The notes beneath the pieces were generated by a model. That model did no database searches, had not been told where the DNA came from, and was given only the letters and a program-made list of their open reading frames with translations. Shown piece by piece: positions 42,501 through 56,000 of a stretch of DNA of 64,000 bases. Every line of letters starts with the position of its first letter. Within the stretch, counting starts at the first letter, position 1. The stretch lies in NCBI GenBank assembly GCA_002245135.1, contig NGBS01000020.1:1-64000 (forward strand), read 5' to 3'. Position numbers and translations under genes: made by a program. The DNA comes from Proteromonas lacertae. Its lineage: Eukaryota.

Positions 42501-45500
42501 AATTACCTTCTTTAGAGAATATATCACCAAGTGTATTGACTAGTTATGGATGTGTTGCACTTCAAGACTTTGAGTTTACATGGGAAGTTATGTGGTACAA
42601 ATGGAAAGATAATATGTTGAAGAAAAATACAATAGAATATAGAAAAGAGTTTATTGAATATATTGATGAATTAATAACTGAACAAATACCCAATTTAGTG
42701 GAATTTACTAAGCAATGTACAAGATCTACAATATATACCAGTAATAATCAAATGGATATATTATTATTTCAAACTACTGTTTTGATAATTGATTCTTACT
42801 GGATGAAATTGATGGAGTATATTGATGTATTGAAAAAACAAGATGAAGAAATATATCCACCACCATTTCATGAGTATATTTATATATGATTGAGTTTATA
42901 TTTTTGTTAGAGAATTTGAACAGTTTATTCGTAATTTAGTATGGTATTCTACAGTATGGTCATTCTATTCAGGTTTTGATTCACTTACTAAAAGTATGTT
43001 TGTTGATTATATGAAGAATAACTATGTAGCTATAAAACTACCTCAAAGATGTGATTCAATATTTCAAATATATTTAACAGATCAATTTACATTTATATCA
43101 CTACCAACATTATATACACATCAATACTCTGAAGAAATGAATGAATTATTAAATACTGATAATAATAATGGTCAAATAACAGCAACTTCTGAGATATTCC
43201 AACAATATGCAATTATGTGTCCTTTACCAGAAATATCCAATTTGACAACAGTAATGTCAACTATAATGAATATACAAAAAATACCATATTCTCTTTTATT
43301 AAGTGGAGAGGTTGGTAGTGGAAAATCAACAGTGTTTAAATTACTTTACACTAAGTATCAATGTTCCCACAGTCAAGTATCAATTACACCAACTACAACT
43401 ATATATAATATAATTGAGACAATTAAAAGTTCAAGTTTCCAGTTAAAAGATAAACAGGTTGCATGGGATAATTCAAAAGTTCATATATTAATAGATGATT
43501 TGAATTATCATTATAATACATCGCCACTAAAAACCAATATTGAAGATGATTTTTCAGAGTTTTTAAGACATTTAATTCAATATAATATGATAGTTGATTA
43601 TGAATCATTACAGTTATTGACATTACAAGAGATTACTATATCTTATACAATTAATAATTATTATTTAGATAAACTATCAAGAAGATTATTTCATCATTTT
43701 AGACACTTTGAAATACCAAATCCAAGTTATCAATCATTAACCACAATCTTTGAGAAATACATTCAAACACTATTCATACCACCGTTAGAAATAGATGATA
43801 TTGTAGTATTATATAAGAAATTAGCCTCTGTATCGTGTAATTATTATTTACACTGTAAATCAGTAATGCATCCTTCAATCACTTTACCTCATATTGCAAT
43901 TGATTTGTATAAATTTTACACGTTGCTATTGAAAATGTTCCAATATAATTTGAACAATCCTGATTTAGATAGTAGAGATATAACTCAAATATGGTATAAC
44001 GAAATTGATAGAATCTATTTTGATCCAGTTTGTAACAATACAACAGTAAGATATCAATTCTATTCAATATTAAGAGATGAGTTTAAAGCAGTATTTAAAC
44101 AAAGATTAGAAAATAATTACTTCCACAATTTAATGTATACCGATGTATTAGATTCATCAGTTCAAAAAGCATTCTATGATGCAAATATGAAATTTCCAAT
44201 TAATACTAAAACTAATGGAATTGACTGTCAAAGACCTGTTGTTTGTAATGAAGTGTGTTTTTCAATGCAACCTTCATCAACATCAACACCAAGATGGGCT
44301 GCTAAATTAGCTAAAAGATCAAGTATTATGATGAAAAGACCAAGTTTAAGTGAAAGAATGGAGAAAGCTGAGAAAAAGAAGAATGATAAAGGTCAAATGC
44401 AACAAAAGAGTATTATTGTGAATAAAATAAGTGAAAAAACAAAGAAAGATAATACTAATTATTTCCCAAGTATAAAAGATTTTGGTTTAGGTTTTGTTGT
44501 TGATATGAAGATTAAATTGAAGAAGAAAAGATTTGCTATTAAAAATGAAATTAATATGATAAGAACAGATATTCCAGATCAATTTAGACAATTTAGACAA
44601 AGAAAATTCCAAGTGATTAATTACTTAGGTTTTGTAGATAATGATTTTATCCAAATATTTGTTAATTTATTCAATCATTATTCAATAGATAATATAAGTG
44701 GTTCATTAAACCATGATGATTTTGTTAATTCATTGAAATTACTAAATTATATCAGAATTCACATTCCAACAGTATTAATCTGTAATTCATATGACAGAGC
44801 TCAAAATATAATGAAGTTATGTGGTTTTTTAGATGGATATCAAACCTCAGAAGTAAGAACAGCTAATGAATTAGAGAATATGATTCACAAATCAATCATT
44901 AAAGAAACTCCCTTTTATTTATATGTTAAAACTAACTGTCTATTGAATGATCCAGATTTATTGTGGTTATGTAATGCAATACTATCTGGTGATGAGAATA
45001 TAAATATTATTAAACCAAATAATTTGAATAGTATTATTCAATATGAGAGGAATATATTAACTGAAACTAGTTCAAAGAATAAATTATACAAATCTAATAA
45101 GTTCATATATAATATACCTTGGAAGACGTTATACAATAATTATTTAGATAAAACTTACAATTATTTGTATTTGACAATATGTGTAGAAAGTACAAGTGAA
45201 TATAAACTGTATATTTATCATCGTATTTTATTATTTATGTATAGATTATTATCATTAATGTCTGGTTTATCTCATTGTATGTCATTTATGTGTATTAAAC
45301 CAAGTCCAATTGCTGAATATGAGAATGTAAAATCCATTATTAATAGTGCTTATGATTTGTGGTATCAAGAGAATGTAGAATCATCAACAGTATATTTTAT
45401 ATTTATTTATATCTTTTGTTTAGATCTATTTAGATCCAGATGTTCCATTTAATAATGCTGAATTAATGCCATTACAATATTCATTACCACTGATAAGTCT

Positions 45501-48500
45501 TTTAATTTACCAAACTCATTGTCTTTTTAATAATTATTCATATACAACACATCAATTACCACAAGCTGTTGAAAATGTAAAAATATTGATAAATGAATTT
45601 ATGTTTGCTTATTGTGAAAAAAATAAAGATGTAAGTATATTATTCTCAAAATACAGAGAAATGGATAATAATATTCAAATGATAAATGACACAATAGCTG
45701 AAGCAAGAGATAATATAAAAACATACACAAAGAAATTGGAAGAATTAAATGCTACAATTACATTACTAGAAGAGGAAGAGAAAGAATCACAAGAAAACTT
45801 CAAAATGGAACAAAAGAATTATGAAAAAGAAAAAAATAAAGTTACTTTCTTATATAGTAGAATCAGTCGATTAGAATCTGAATGTCAAAAAGAATATGAT
45901 ATAATTCTTCCAGATTGGAATATACTGAGAGATTCATTTGAAAATATGAAAGATGAAACTTATATTTATTTAGCAGATAATAAAAAACCAGATGAATCTG
46001 CATTTATATTATTAAAAGCATTATTTACATTAATGAAAAAAGAACCAACAGTAAGAGCGATGAAAGAATTTCTACATAATGGAAAAGTAGTAAAAGAAAT
46101 ATTGGAAATAGATCCGTTTCAAATACAATTAAAAACTTGTGAATCTTTAGAAGCAACATTTGCATCAAAATCAGAATTATTTACATATAAAGAATTAGAT
46201 AAATTACCAGAATTTTTGCATTTATTATATCAATACATTTATTCAATCATCTCCTATGTAAGATGTATATCCAAATTAAAACCATATTTAGACCAATTAG
46301 AGCAAAGTAATAAAGATTTAGAAGCATTGAATAAAGACTTTGAAGGGGTAGAAAAACACTATAATGAAGTTAAAGATCAAGTTGAAAGTCATACAAACAA
46401 ATTAGAAAAATACAAAAAGATTAAAGAAGAAACTGAGAAATTATTAGAGAAAAACACAAATGATGATAAATATTTAACAGAATTTCTAAAACCATGTGAA
46501 GTATATGAAAGTATAATTAATGAAATGTATGAATTCTTAAGCAATTATTACAGTGAACAATTTTTTATAGATATTTTCACAATGGCAATATTCAGATCAT
46601 TTTTCTTTGAAATTCCATTAGTTTTACAAGATGATATTACTGAAAGATATAATACAATTTTATCTTTTTATACAATGCCAACAAATCCAACCAATTATTC
46701 AAATTTATATTTCACTGTTCCACTTTATCAGAAATTACAAGCCAACTTGAATCTAAATGCTATTATTTTTTTACCATTCCATGATATTATCAAACAATAT
46801 ATCAATTTATTATTAACAACAAATTCAAATGCATTATTCTGTTATTACATTTATGATCCAATGGGTGTAATTGTACAGAGTTTATATTTGATTTATGATG
46901 CTCAAGATAAAGAGTATGATGAAAGAGATCATATATATAATGTCTATTATAAAGGTATATATAAATATATACTATTATTTAGATCCAACTCCATTTCAAT
47001 ATAATAAAGATGAAATGAAAGGATATGTAATTGAATCAGCAACTACATTAGTTCCTATAAATTTAATACCATCATTTCAGAATGGAGTATATATTATATA
47101 TATTTGCTTATTGTTTATGATTCTAATAGGATGTAATTATATTAATTGATGTAAAATTACCTTTCAGTTTATCAGTTCAATTGGTTTTAGATACTTACAA
47201 AAAGCGTGGAATGTCTGCTACAATTTCACAAACAACATTTTTAGTTAGTAAAAAGACTAAATTATATATGATTAGTAAAGATTTATATGCAAAGAGTTAT
47301 TTATATTCTGCAGATCAAATTGTTTACTTAAACTGTGAAATAACAAGGGATATTTGGAATTTTACAATTCAGCATAATTTGTGGTGTCATTTTCATCCTG
47401 GTGAATGGAGTAAATTACATTCAAAATACAATATGTTATGTGAAAAGAAGAATCATTTGGATAATGTTTTAACTCATTTCTTTTTAACAGAAAACTATGA
47501 GAATGTAGTTGGAGAGAAAATAGAGAATTGTTCAAATCATATTTATGAGTTTAAACAGTATTATGATGAATATCATGAGTTTGTAAAGAGATACAATGAC
47601 ATACAGGTATTTATATAAATATATAATTATTATTTTCTTTTTAATAGGATGAAATGAAGTCTTATACTTCATTATCATATCCACTATCAGTATTACATTA
47701 TTCTTTATTAAATATGTCAAAAATCAATTACTTATACAAATACACAATTTGGGAATTATATGAATATAATGTGAAGAATTTCAGATCAAATACTAGTCCA
47801 TATGATGATGATTTTGTATGTGAAATATTAGGAAAGTTTATTGCTTATATTTCCCCAATGTTTCATGATAATGATAGAATATGTTGGGAATTATACTCTT
47901 CTATTTATTATCTAACAAAGCTATCACCCAATTACAATAAAGAATTCATTTATTTATCATCAGATCTTGAAGATGTTGATACATTTATTACTAATACAAA
48001 GTGTTATAGATATTATTATGTTTATTTATACACAACAATGCATCAGATATTGTATAAGAATATGAAGACTTTTGGTACTCATGCTCATCGTTCTTCCATT
48101 ACTCAAATCAATTTGCAGGAAACAACATTGAATGATATTAATACAATTGAATTTAGAGATTGGAATGCTGATGAGTTGGTTTGCATTGATATATTCAATA
48201 AGAATTGTGATAGATTTGGTTAGTATATATAATTATATATAATAATTATTATCAATATAGTGGTAAAAACCCTTTACAGTTAGATGATTTTAAACTTGAA
48301 TTAGAGAAAAGAGGAATTATTCAATCATACTCAATAGATACTAAGATTGTCACATTTGTATATATATATATATATATTATAAATGTTAATCTTATCTAAT
48401 CTATATAGCCACCTGAATTAAGAGATATTGGATGGATGAATAGAGACTTATGGAATGAATTAGGAAGGTTAGAAATGTATTGGCCCAATCTAAACGGCAT

Positions 48501-50667
48501 TAGAGAACATATGAAAAAACATGTAAAGAAATGGGATCAAATATATACAAGTGAAAAATCAATTCTACATGGTGCTGAATTACCTGATCCTTATAATAAA
48601 ATGGATGATTTATATCAATTTATAATATTGAAACTAATAGCTCCAGTTGTATTGTCACCAATTATACATTCAAAATTTTTACATCTTTTCCAACAAGAGA
48701 AAACATCATACAAAATGTTGAAATTACCTGAATGCTTATTAGAAACAAAAGAATCAACATTAACTTTAGTATATTATAATCCAAACTCTCCAGTATTCCA
48801 AACAATTACCAATTTAGCATTAGAAAATTATGCTGTTTTATTCCATTATACAGTTAATGATGCTGCTTTAGCCAATTTACCTACAATTAAAACATTCTTT
48901 GATTATGCAAGTAGAATGGATTGTTGGATATGTTTAGATATAAATAGTAATGATATTACTAAAATAGAAACATTATTATTACAAATGGGAAGTAGAACAT
49001 TAACTAGTAAAGATACAAAGAAAGGTAATTACAAATGTGTAATATTAATAAGAGAAGGTTTAAATGTTCATGTTTCACCATCTGTATTAAGTCAATCGTT
49101 GAGGTTGTATATATCAGAAATAAGCATGTTAGATACCTATATAAAATTAACAACAGATTCTTTGGATATGAATATATTAATACAATCATCATTACCTTCT
49201 GATTTTAAACAAACATTATTAATATTCATATTATTATATATTCCAATTATATACAGATGTAATCTGCATTTATTTACATATTCATATCCAATTCCAACAA
49301 AAGTATTAACTTCAATAATTGATGAATTATATAAACTATTAAAAGATAGTCCTGAGATAATAGAAATGAATGGAATTGATGTATTTTATGAGTTATTGTT
49401 TAATAATTATTTATATCAATCACTTCTATGTGATGAACATGATAAATATTTTGTGACAGATCTTTATTTAAATTATACGAAAGAAAAATGGATAGAAGCT
49501 GTCAGTCATTTCTTCAGAATAAAAATGAATCAAAATACAAGAGAATTAACAAATGTATCAGTTGAAAAGATAGTGGAATTATTAGATAAGAATAAAGCTA
49601 CTTTGACCAATATGATTGAATCAATATATGGTGCAAATTCAGTAAATTATTATATCAAATTGTATTATGGAGAATGGAGTAAGAATTTTTCATTATTATA
49701 CACCAGTAAACATAGAATGTATATATATTATTTCATTTTATATTTATATTATTTATTTAGATCATTTGCATCTCATCATACAATTACTAATTACCAATTG
49801 AAATTTTTACAAACAATAATCCAAAAATTGCCAAATGTTCAAGCACCAGAGAATACATCAGGTTCAACAATAATCACTCGAAAATCCAAAATGTATATAT
49901 TTATAAATATAACTATATATATAAATAATAGTGTGAGTAAATTATCACCAATTGACAAAGCATTATTCTATGAAATTAATCACAAACATCAAATGACTGC
50001 TTATATATTAAACCATATGAATAAATTCATTACACACTTTTCAGAAGGTAATATTTTAACTGAAGATGATGAATTGTATATTTATTCTTTATATCATAAT
50101 ACCATTCCTAATTCTTTTAATATTAATAATAATCACACATTACATGATTGGAGTAATTTTGAAATGAGAGAATATCGAATTATTAAAAGAGTTTTAAGAG
50201 GTAATTCAGCTAGTATTATTTTATTGAGTAATTATATTGATCCATTGATGGTTATTAATAGTTATAGATTAGAATATTTGAGAAATCATCCAAAATTGAA
50301 AATGGAAGATATTATATTATATGCAATATTAACTGATTATGAAAATAGATCTTATATTTCATTTGGTTGTGAAAATGGTGTTTATGTTGATGGATGTAAA
50401 ATAAAAGGAGGTATTTGGAATGACAAATATAAAGAATATGAATTAATACCATTTCATTATATGTTGGTTCATCCTTTCAATATGACAAAGATTATTCAGA
50501 TTAAAGTGACTGATGATTTTGAAGAGTATAATAGTAGTAATATGTACAAATGTCCAGTTTATGATATGAATGATAAAACACAAACTCCTATGTTTTATGC
50601 ATTACTCCCAGTTGATGATAATGATATGAAAGAATTTGTTTTAAATAAAATATCAATTTATATATAG
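36546..50667 (+). CDS. Highly divergent axonemal (inner-arm, DNAH6-like) dynein heavy chain with degenerate AAA1
   Basis: Tail motif YFIFSSNGV...SLEDWKLEKQYF..LVKYKTFRQF; LEERHWKQI; RILFPRFCYLSDNDL; YGYE...RLIITPLT; AAA2 GKPCSGKS and WVVIDG; AAA3 GEVGSGKST and ILIDDLN; stalk coiled coil; C-terminal GVYVDG and YKCPVY. Confidence 0.85.
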
Positions 50668-50811
50668 ATCATATCTGTAGCAGCTTTTCTTTTGTGAGTT
50701 TTATAATTTTTATAATAAACATTGTTTGTTATTCATATTATTATTTTATCTACTCGCTTATTTCGATTTTTGATATTTGGGGAATAAACACATTCAACCA
50801 AAATTTTCAAA

Positions 50812-53396
50812 ATGAATACCAATTTAAACGTATTTTCTTTAAATCGTAAATATCTTGTAGATAATTAGGATTTACCTTCTTTTATCCATATGTGGAATGT
50901 ATACTAGTGGTAAGGGAGAAGATGAAGTTGAAGTGTTAAATCAAGATTTAAAAGAAGAATCATATAGACGTATTACTTACTATTGTAATGGTATTTTTTA
51001 TTTATATATGTTTATAGAATCTGTAATGGTATATGACTCCGATATGTTTAATCAAAATTACGAAAGTATATAGTAGCAATTAAAGTTGAATAGAAATGAG
51101 AGATTTATTGATAGATTCATACAATGAAAAGCCAGATGAGAAAATACTCTCAGTATTGTTGATGATGAAATTATACAAAAATGATTGTTCAATAATCAAT
51201 AAACTGAAATTTCAAATTAAAGGATGTGAAAACTATTATACAAGCTATATAGATGAAATGGTATTTAACATCAATACTGATTATTCTAACAATGAAACAA
51301 TTGTTTTAACATCATTGAATATCTGTATGAGTGAAGAAAAATTGAATTATTTATTCAGAATATTGAAACTAATCGATCCATCAAAGCTCAAATTTAGTGT
51401 TTCAATTCCGTTACAATATCAGCCATTATTTGCATTATTGTTTTCTAGATTATCAAACCTAAAAGAATTAGATTTACATTCAAGTTATGTCACTAATCAT
51501 TTTGTTGAATCATTCATTAGATCAATCCCATCAATGCAGAAATTAGAGTATATAGATTTAAATTGTATCTTTTATTCTTTTTATATATTTTATTATGAAA
51601 TAGACAATCCAATTGGTCCAAAAGGATTCAAATTATTACTTCCATTTTTACATTTATTAATCAACAACAAAAATGAATTGGATCTTTATGATATGAATTT
51701 AAATGATGAATCAATGAAATTATTATCTGAAGAATTGTACAAATATCCAAATATTAAGACAATAAATATCAGATTAAATGAAAGAATTCATTCTAAAGGA
51801 TTGAAATCCTTATTCTCCAAATTTCCAATTTCAAATATACACTTTGATTTTAATGGATGTAAAGAATTCCTGATAGATAAAGACATTCCAGAATTAATTA
51901 AATATATAATGTGGTTTGATCATGGATTTTATCTGAGTAATTTTGATATTGATGATGATTTGTTCAAAGAGTTTATGTCATTAAGAGTAAATGAATTAAA
52001 AGAAATATGGCACTTTGATTTAAGGAGTATAAATTTCTTTATTTTTATTAAATAGATAATAAATTAACATATAAGAGTATGGAAGTTCTTATTAACAATT
52101 TATCATTTTTTCATGCTCAACTGTATTTAAATGGAAACTTGATAGGAGATGAAGGAATGAAAATACTATCTCCACGTGTATATTTATTAACAGGAACTAA
52201 TTGGTTTGATGGAGGTATAACAAAATGTTCAAGTATAATATTTTTTATTATATATTATGTTATAGAGATGGGATTATCTTCAGTTGGATTAAAGTATTTA
52301 TTAGATGGATTAAAGGGTGTGAATCAAAGTATCAGACTTGATGTAAGTCATAATAATATTGATTCATCTGGAATAGAATATACAATGAAATATGTGAAAG
52401 ATTATAAAAATATTATACATTTATTCATTCATGGTATAATGATATTAATGTTTAATATGTTTTTAATAGATAATCCAATTGGTAATAATGGATTTAAACT
52501 GCTGTTAAGCAATTTGAATATATTAACACATTGGAGTAATACTATGGATTTGAGCAATACTTCAATCGATGATGAAAGTGTGATATTATTAACCAATCAA
52601 ATGGATTTACTTAAAGATGATAATTGCAATAAAATAAATCTAAATGGAAATAAGATTAGTTTCGATACATTAAAATCAATTTGTGAAAAATCATTAGAGA
52701 ATGAAAAATATCCATATATAGAAATGAAAAATATATTATGGACAAATGAAGAATTGGACTATTATTTGAGTTAGATATTTCTAGTATGAATTCTAAATGT
52801 CTAATGAAATAGTTATGAATATCAATGATTCTCACATTTCATTAATTAAACAGATTGATTATAGAGAGATTGATTTATCCAACAACAAAATCACTTCAAA
52901 AGGATTAAAAGAATTATTGGACAGTTTAGCGCAATATGTTAAACATATTTTAATATTTAATAATCCAATTGGAGATGAAGGAATAGAAATAATATGTAAA
53001 TATTTTGATAAATTTACTGTAAAAATAAATTATGGATATCCTGAAATATATTCATTAAATCTGTCGAGTATTAATACAAATTTGTTATTTTGATTAGATA
53101 TTGGAATGAGTGAAAAAGGATTGAAAATGATAATAGAAAAACTAAAAGGATATAAGAAAATAAGAATATACCTATCAGGAAATGAATTAAATGAAGCTGG
53201 ATTAGAATTGATGAAAGAAAACATAGACACATTTGAGTATTTAAATGAATTATCAATAACATTAAAAGAGAACATAGATAAAACAATATTGAAATCATTT
53301 TTAGAAACATTTTCAGAAATTGAAACAATTGTAGTAGATGGAATTTCAGAAGAAGAAAAGAAAGAATTATCTAAAGAATTTTCTAATTTAAAATAA
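50812..53396 (+). CDS. Ribonuclease-inhibitor-like leucine-rich repeat protein (probable 1-nt indel near 52755)
   Basis: Repeated LxxLxLxxNxIGxxGxxxL units (DNPIGPKGFKLL, GNLIGDEGMKIL, HNNIDSSG, NNPIGDEG, GNELNEAG). Confidence 0.8.
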
Positions 53397-53479
53397 TCAC
53401 TCCTTGATTGTATATACACCATCTTCCTAAATACATCTATATTTTTATTTATATTTTTTTTGATACATATTCTTTCAAT

Positions 53480-54660
53480 TAAATGTTGCTAAATTTCATA
53501 ATACAGAATTTATATAGATATATAACTTATATCACTATTTCATATTACAATAACATCCTCCTGAGAGCTTATAGTTATTACAATTATTTTCATTGATTAA
53601 AGCACCTAATAGACTATTATTTATCATTGAATTTATGTTTAATATATTAAATAGTATGTTATATACTTAATAAGCTGTTACAAATATATTTTGATTTTTG
53701 TTCAAATTATTATAAATTAGATCGTTTTTATTAACATACCATTTTGGAAAAATCTACAGAATATAATTAACTATACTATTAGCAATAATGGCAAAGCTCT
53801 ATCATTCTGTCCAAATAAAGTATTATAGTATCTCCCATAATGCATTCCATGATCTCCAATTCAAGAGATTTTAAGTGATTAGCAAAATTTTTATCCATTC
53901 TCACTATTGATGTGAAAGTTGAATCATGTGATTCCATAAACGTTGTAAATGACAAAGTGGGATAATTGTTTTGTACATTAAATGAATATATTCTTTCTAA
54001 TATTTCTAATCGATGTTGATGTCTTTGTTTATTTCCTAAACATCTGATTTTATTTCCATATAAATAGCTTTCACTACATTGTTTAAACAACTGAATATTA
54101 TAAACAACATTCTTCTTATTACTATTACCATAGAAATATAACTGTGAATCATATTCTCCTGGAATAGCAACAGTTGTGTAATTATATTTTTTATATAATT
54201 TAAAAATAGATAAATATTCTTTTCCGTAAATTAATGCTTTATAATTGAGTGGAGAATTAAAACCAAGTGTATGATATTTCATCATTTCATATATTTGATA
54301 TTTATTATTCAGTTTAATTAACATTTTCTTAGTAAGTTCCATTTGTTGTGCAAATCTATATTTTACATTGAAATAACTATTTTTCTAAAAATTAAAAAGA
54401 AATATAATACATTAACATTAATCGAATATAAATGATTAAATGAATATTAAAATTCTGACAATTTCAACTTATATAATGAATAATATCTGTTTTTCTTTAT
54501 TACATATAACTACTTTATAAAGCAAGAATCATTAGGATGTTTGGGAAATAAGTAATTATTTTTTAATTTGCAGTTTATTGTGTATGAGTTTTTATAATTT
54601 TTATATTTCACCAATCCAAGAATGCTATTGCAAAAACTTCTTTCGTATGTTAGTATATAA
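53480..54660 (-). pseudogene. Degenerate DUF229/alkaline-phosphatase-sulfatase-superfamily gene
   Basis: YHTLGFNSPLNYKALIYG and MESHD...MDKNFANHLKSLE; GDHGMHYG...DRALPLL lies in another frame after an apparent deletion; in-frame stops upstream (54350-54660). Confidence 0.55.
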
Positions 54661-54679
54661 ATCTGATACAAGTGTCAGA

Positions 54680-54758
54680 GTTCTAACGAGTGTTCTAGGA
54701 AATAGTCCCCTTCTAGATTCAGAGTTGACCTTTACGGGAGCTTCATCGATGCAATCGA
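54680..54758 (+). repeat. Left terminal inverted repeat
   Basis: 70/79 identical to the reverse complement of 60013-60091, with a perfect 34-bp core at 54706-54739. Confidence 0.9.
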
Positions 54759-55525
54759 GAATTACAAAGACGAGAATTACAAATTGGGTTAGGGTTTGTC
54801 AAGTCGTAAAGTTTGTCAAAAAATAATATCTCACGATCCATTGACATAATGAATAATCTGATGTGTTTCTTATTATATAGCATATCATAAGTAATCGATC
54901 GATGTAGTTAGATTTCAAATATGTTTTATAATCAAAAATTATATATTTAAATTTAAACATCTAGTGTAGTTAATTTTTACTAATTGCCTTTAAAGCATTT
55001 CTAATTGTTATATATATTATGTATAAACATAAAAAAATAAAATTAAGCATATTTTTTTAGGTGATGAGTAAATTTACTTACATAGAACATAAAAAATATA
55101 TGGGTATCTAGCCAGTGTTATTCTTATGAATAATATATAACCAAACTCTAAAAATTCACAAATAATCATTTAAAAATAATCAAAAAATAAAAACAAAATC
55201 ACCTAAAAAACAATAAGGGTTATAGATCCTATTGTCCAAAATAAGATCAACGGATCTAATCAGCTGATCTATAACAAAGTAAGTATAAAAGTAACAATTT
55301 TTCATCAAGACAAGTAAGAATATACATTTAGTTTGTTTTAAAAGTGTCTGGTAGACAAACGGCCAACTATGGCAAATGGCGCACAATATATATTGTTGAA
55401 CCCAACTGTAAGGTAATGTTGTATCTAAGATAACTGGATTCTTTGCATTGTTATCCATTAAAAAATTATTGCTTTCAGGACATATCTTCAGGTAGCATTG
55501 TATTGCTTCATAATTAATATTTCTA

Positions 55526-55846
55526 TTAATGTTGTTGTTTACTTCCTCGGGCTGTTCTCTTCCTTGTAAGTCTCTTAGGCGTAGATGGTGGCGTACTTAA
55601 AGGTTCATCGTTAATGTAGTCTGGAGCAATGGTTGCTAATAAGCTTAAGTTATCCACAATGGCTTTGATGAGTTCTTCCAGGAGTGTTGCTTTACCTTGC
55701 TCCGTAATCATCGGTAATGACTTCCTTATGGTTCTACTACTAGCTCCTTGTATCTTTACTCGGAGCTTCTTACCCTCCTTGGATGACTTATCAATGCTAG
55801 AGTTGGTTGATGATGATGATCTGCGTGATGACTTCCTGGGACTCAT
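55526..55846 (-). CDS. Element ORF1, 106-aa basic/Ser-rich hypothetical protein
   Basis: ATG-TAA ORF; MSPRKSSRRSSSS N-terminus, helical core, KRLTRKRTAR NLS-like tail. Confidence 0.5.
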   Translation of the reverse strand: MSPRKSSRRSSSSTNSSIDKSSKEGKKLRVKIQGASSRTIRKSLPMITEQGKATLLEELIKAIVDNLSLLATIAPDYINDEPLSTPPSTPKRLTRKRTARGSKQQH

Positions 55847-56000
55847 AGACTTTGTCGGGATCGTTTGGAAAATTGCAACTTGATGAATTCTCGGTCTTAA
55901 GCAATCGTCTATAAATGATTTTACTTATGTAAAATTGATCCCAATAAGATAGAAGGTGATGATAAAGCAAGTGAATTATCAAGGGACGTTGTTAAGCTAG

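Noticed and set aside
1..53400. Host stop-codon reassignment to explain fragmented ORFs
   Set aside because: Breaks coincide with 28-40 nt GT-AG introns, long exons are free of stops, and genes end in TAA, TAG or TGA
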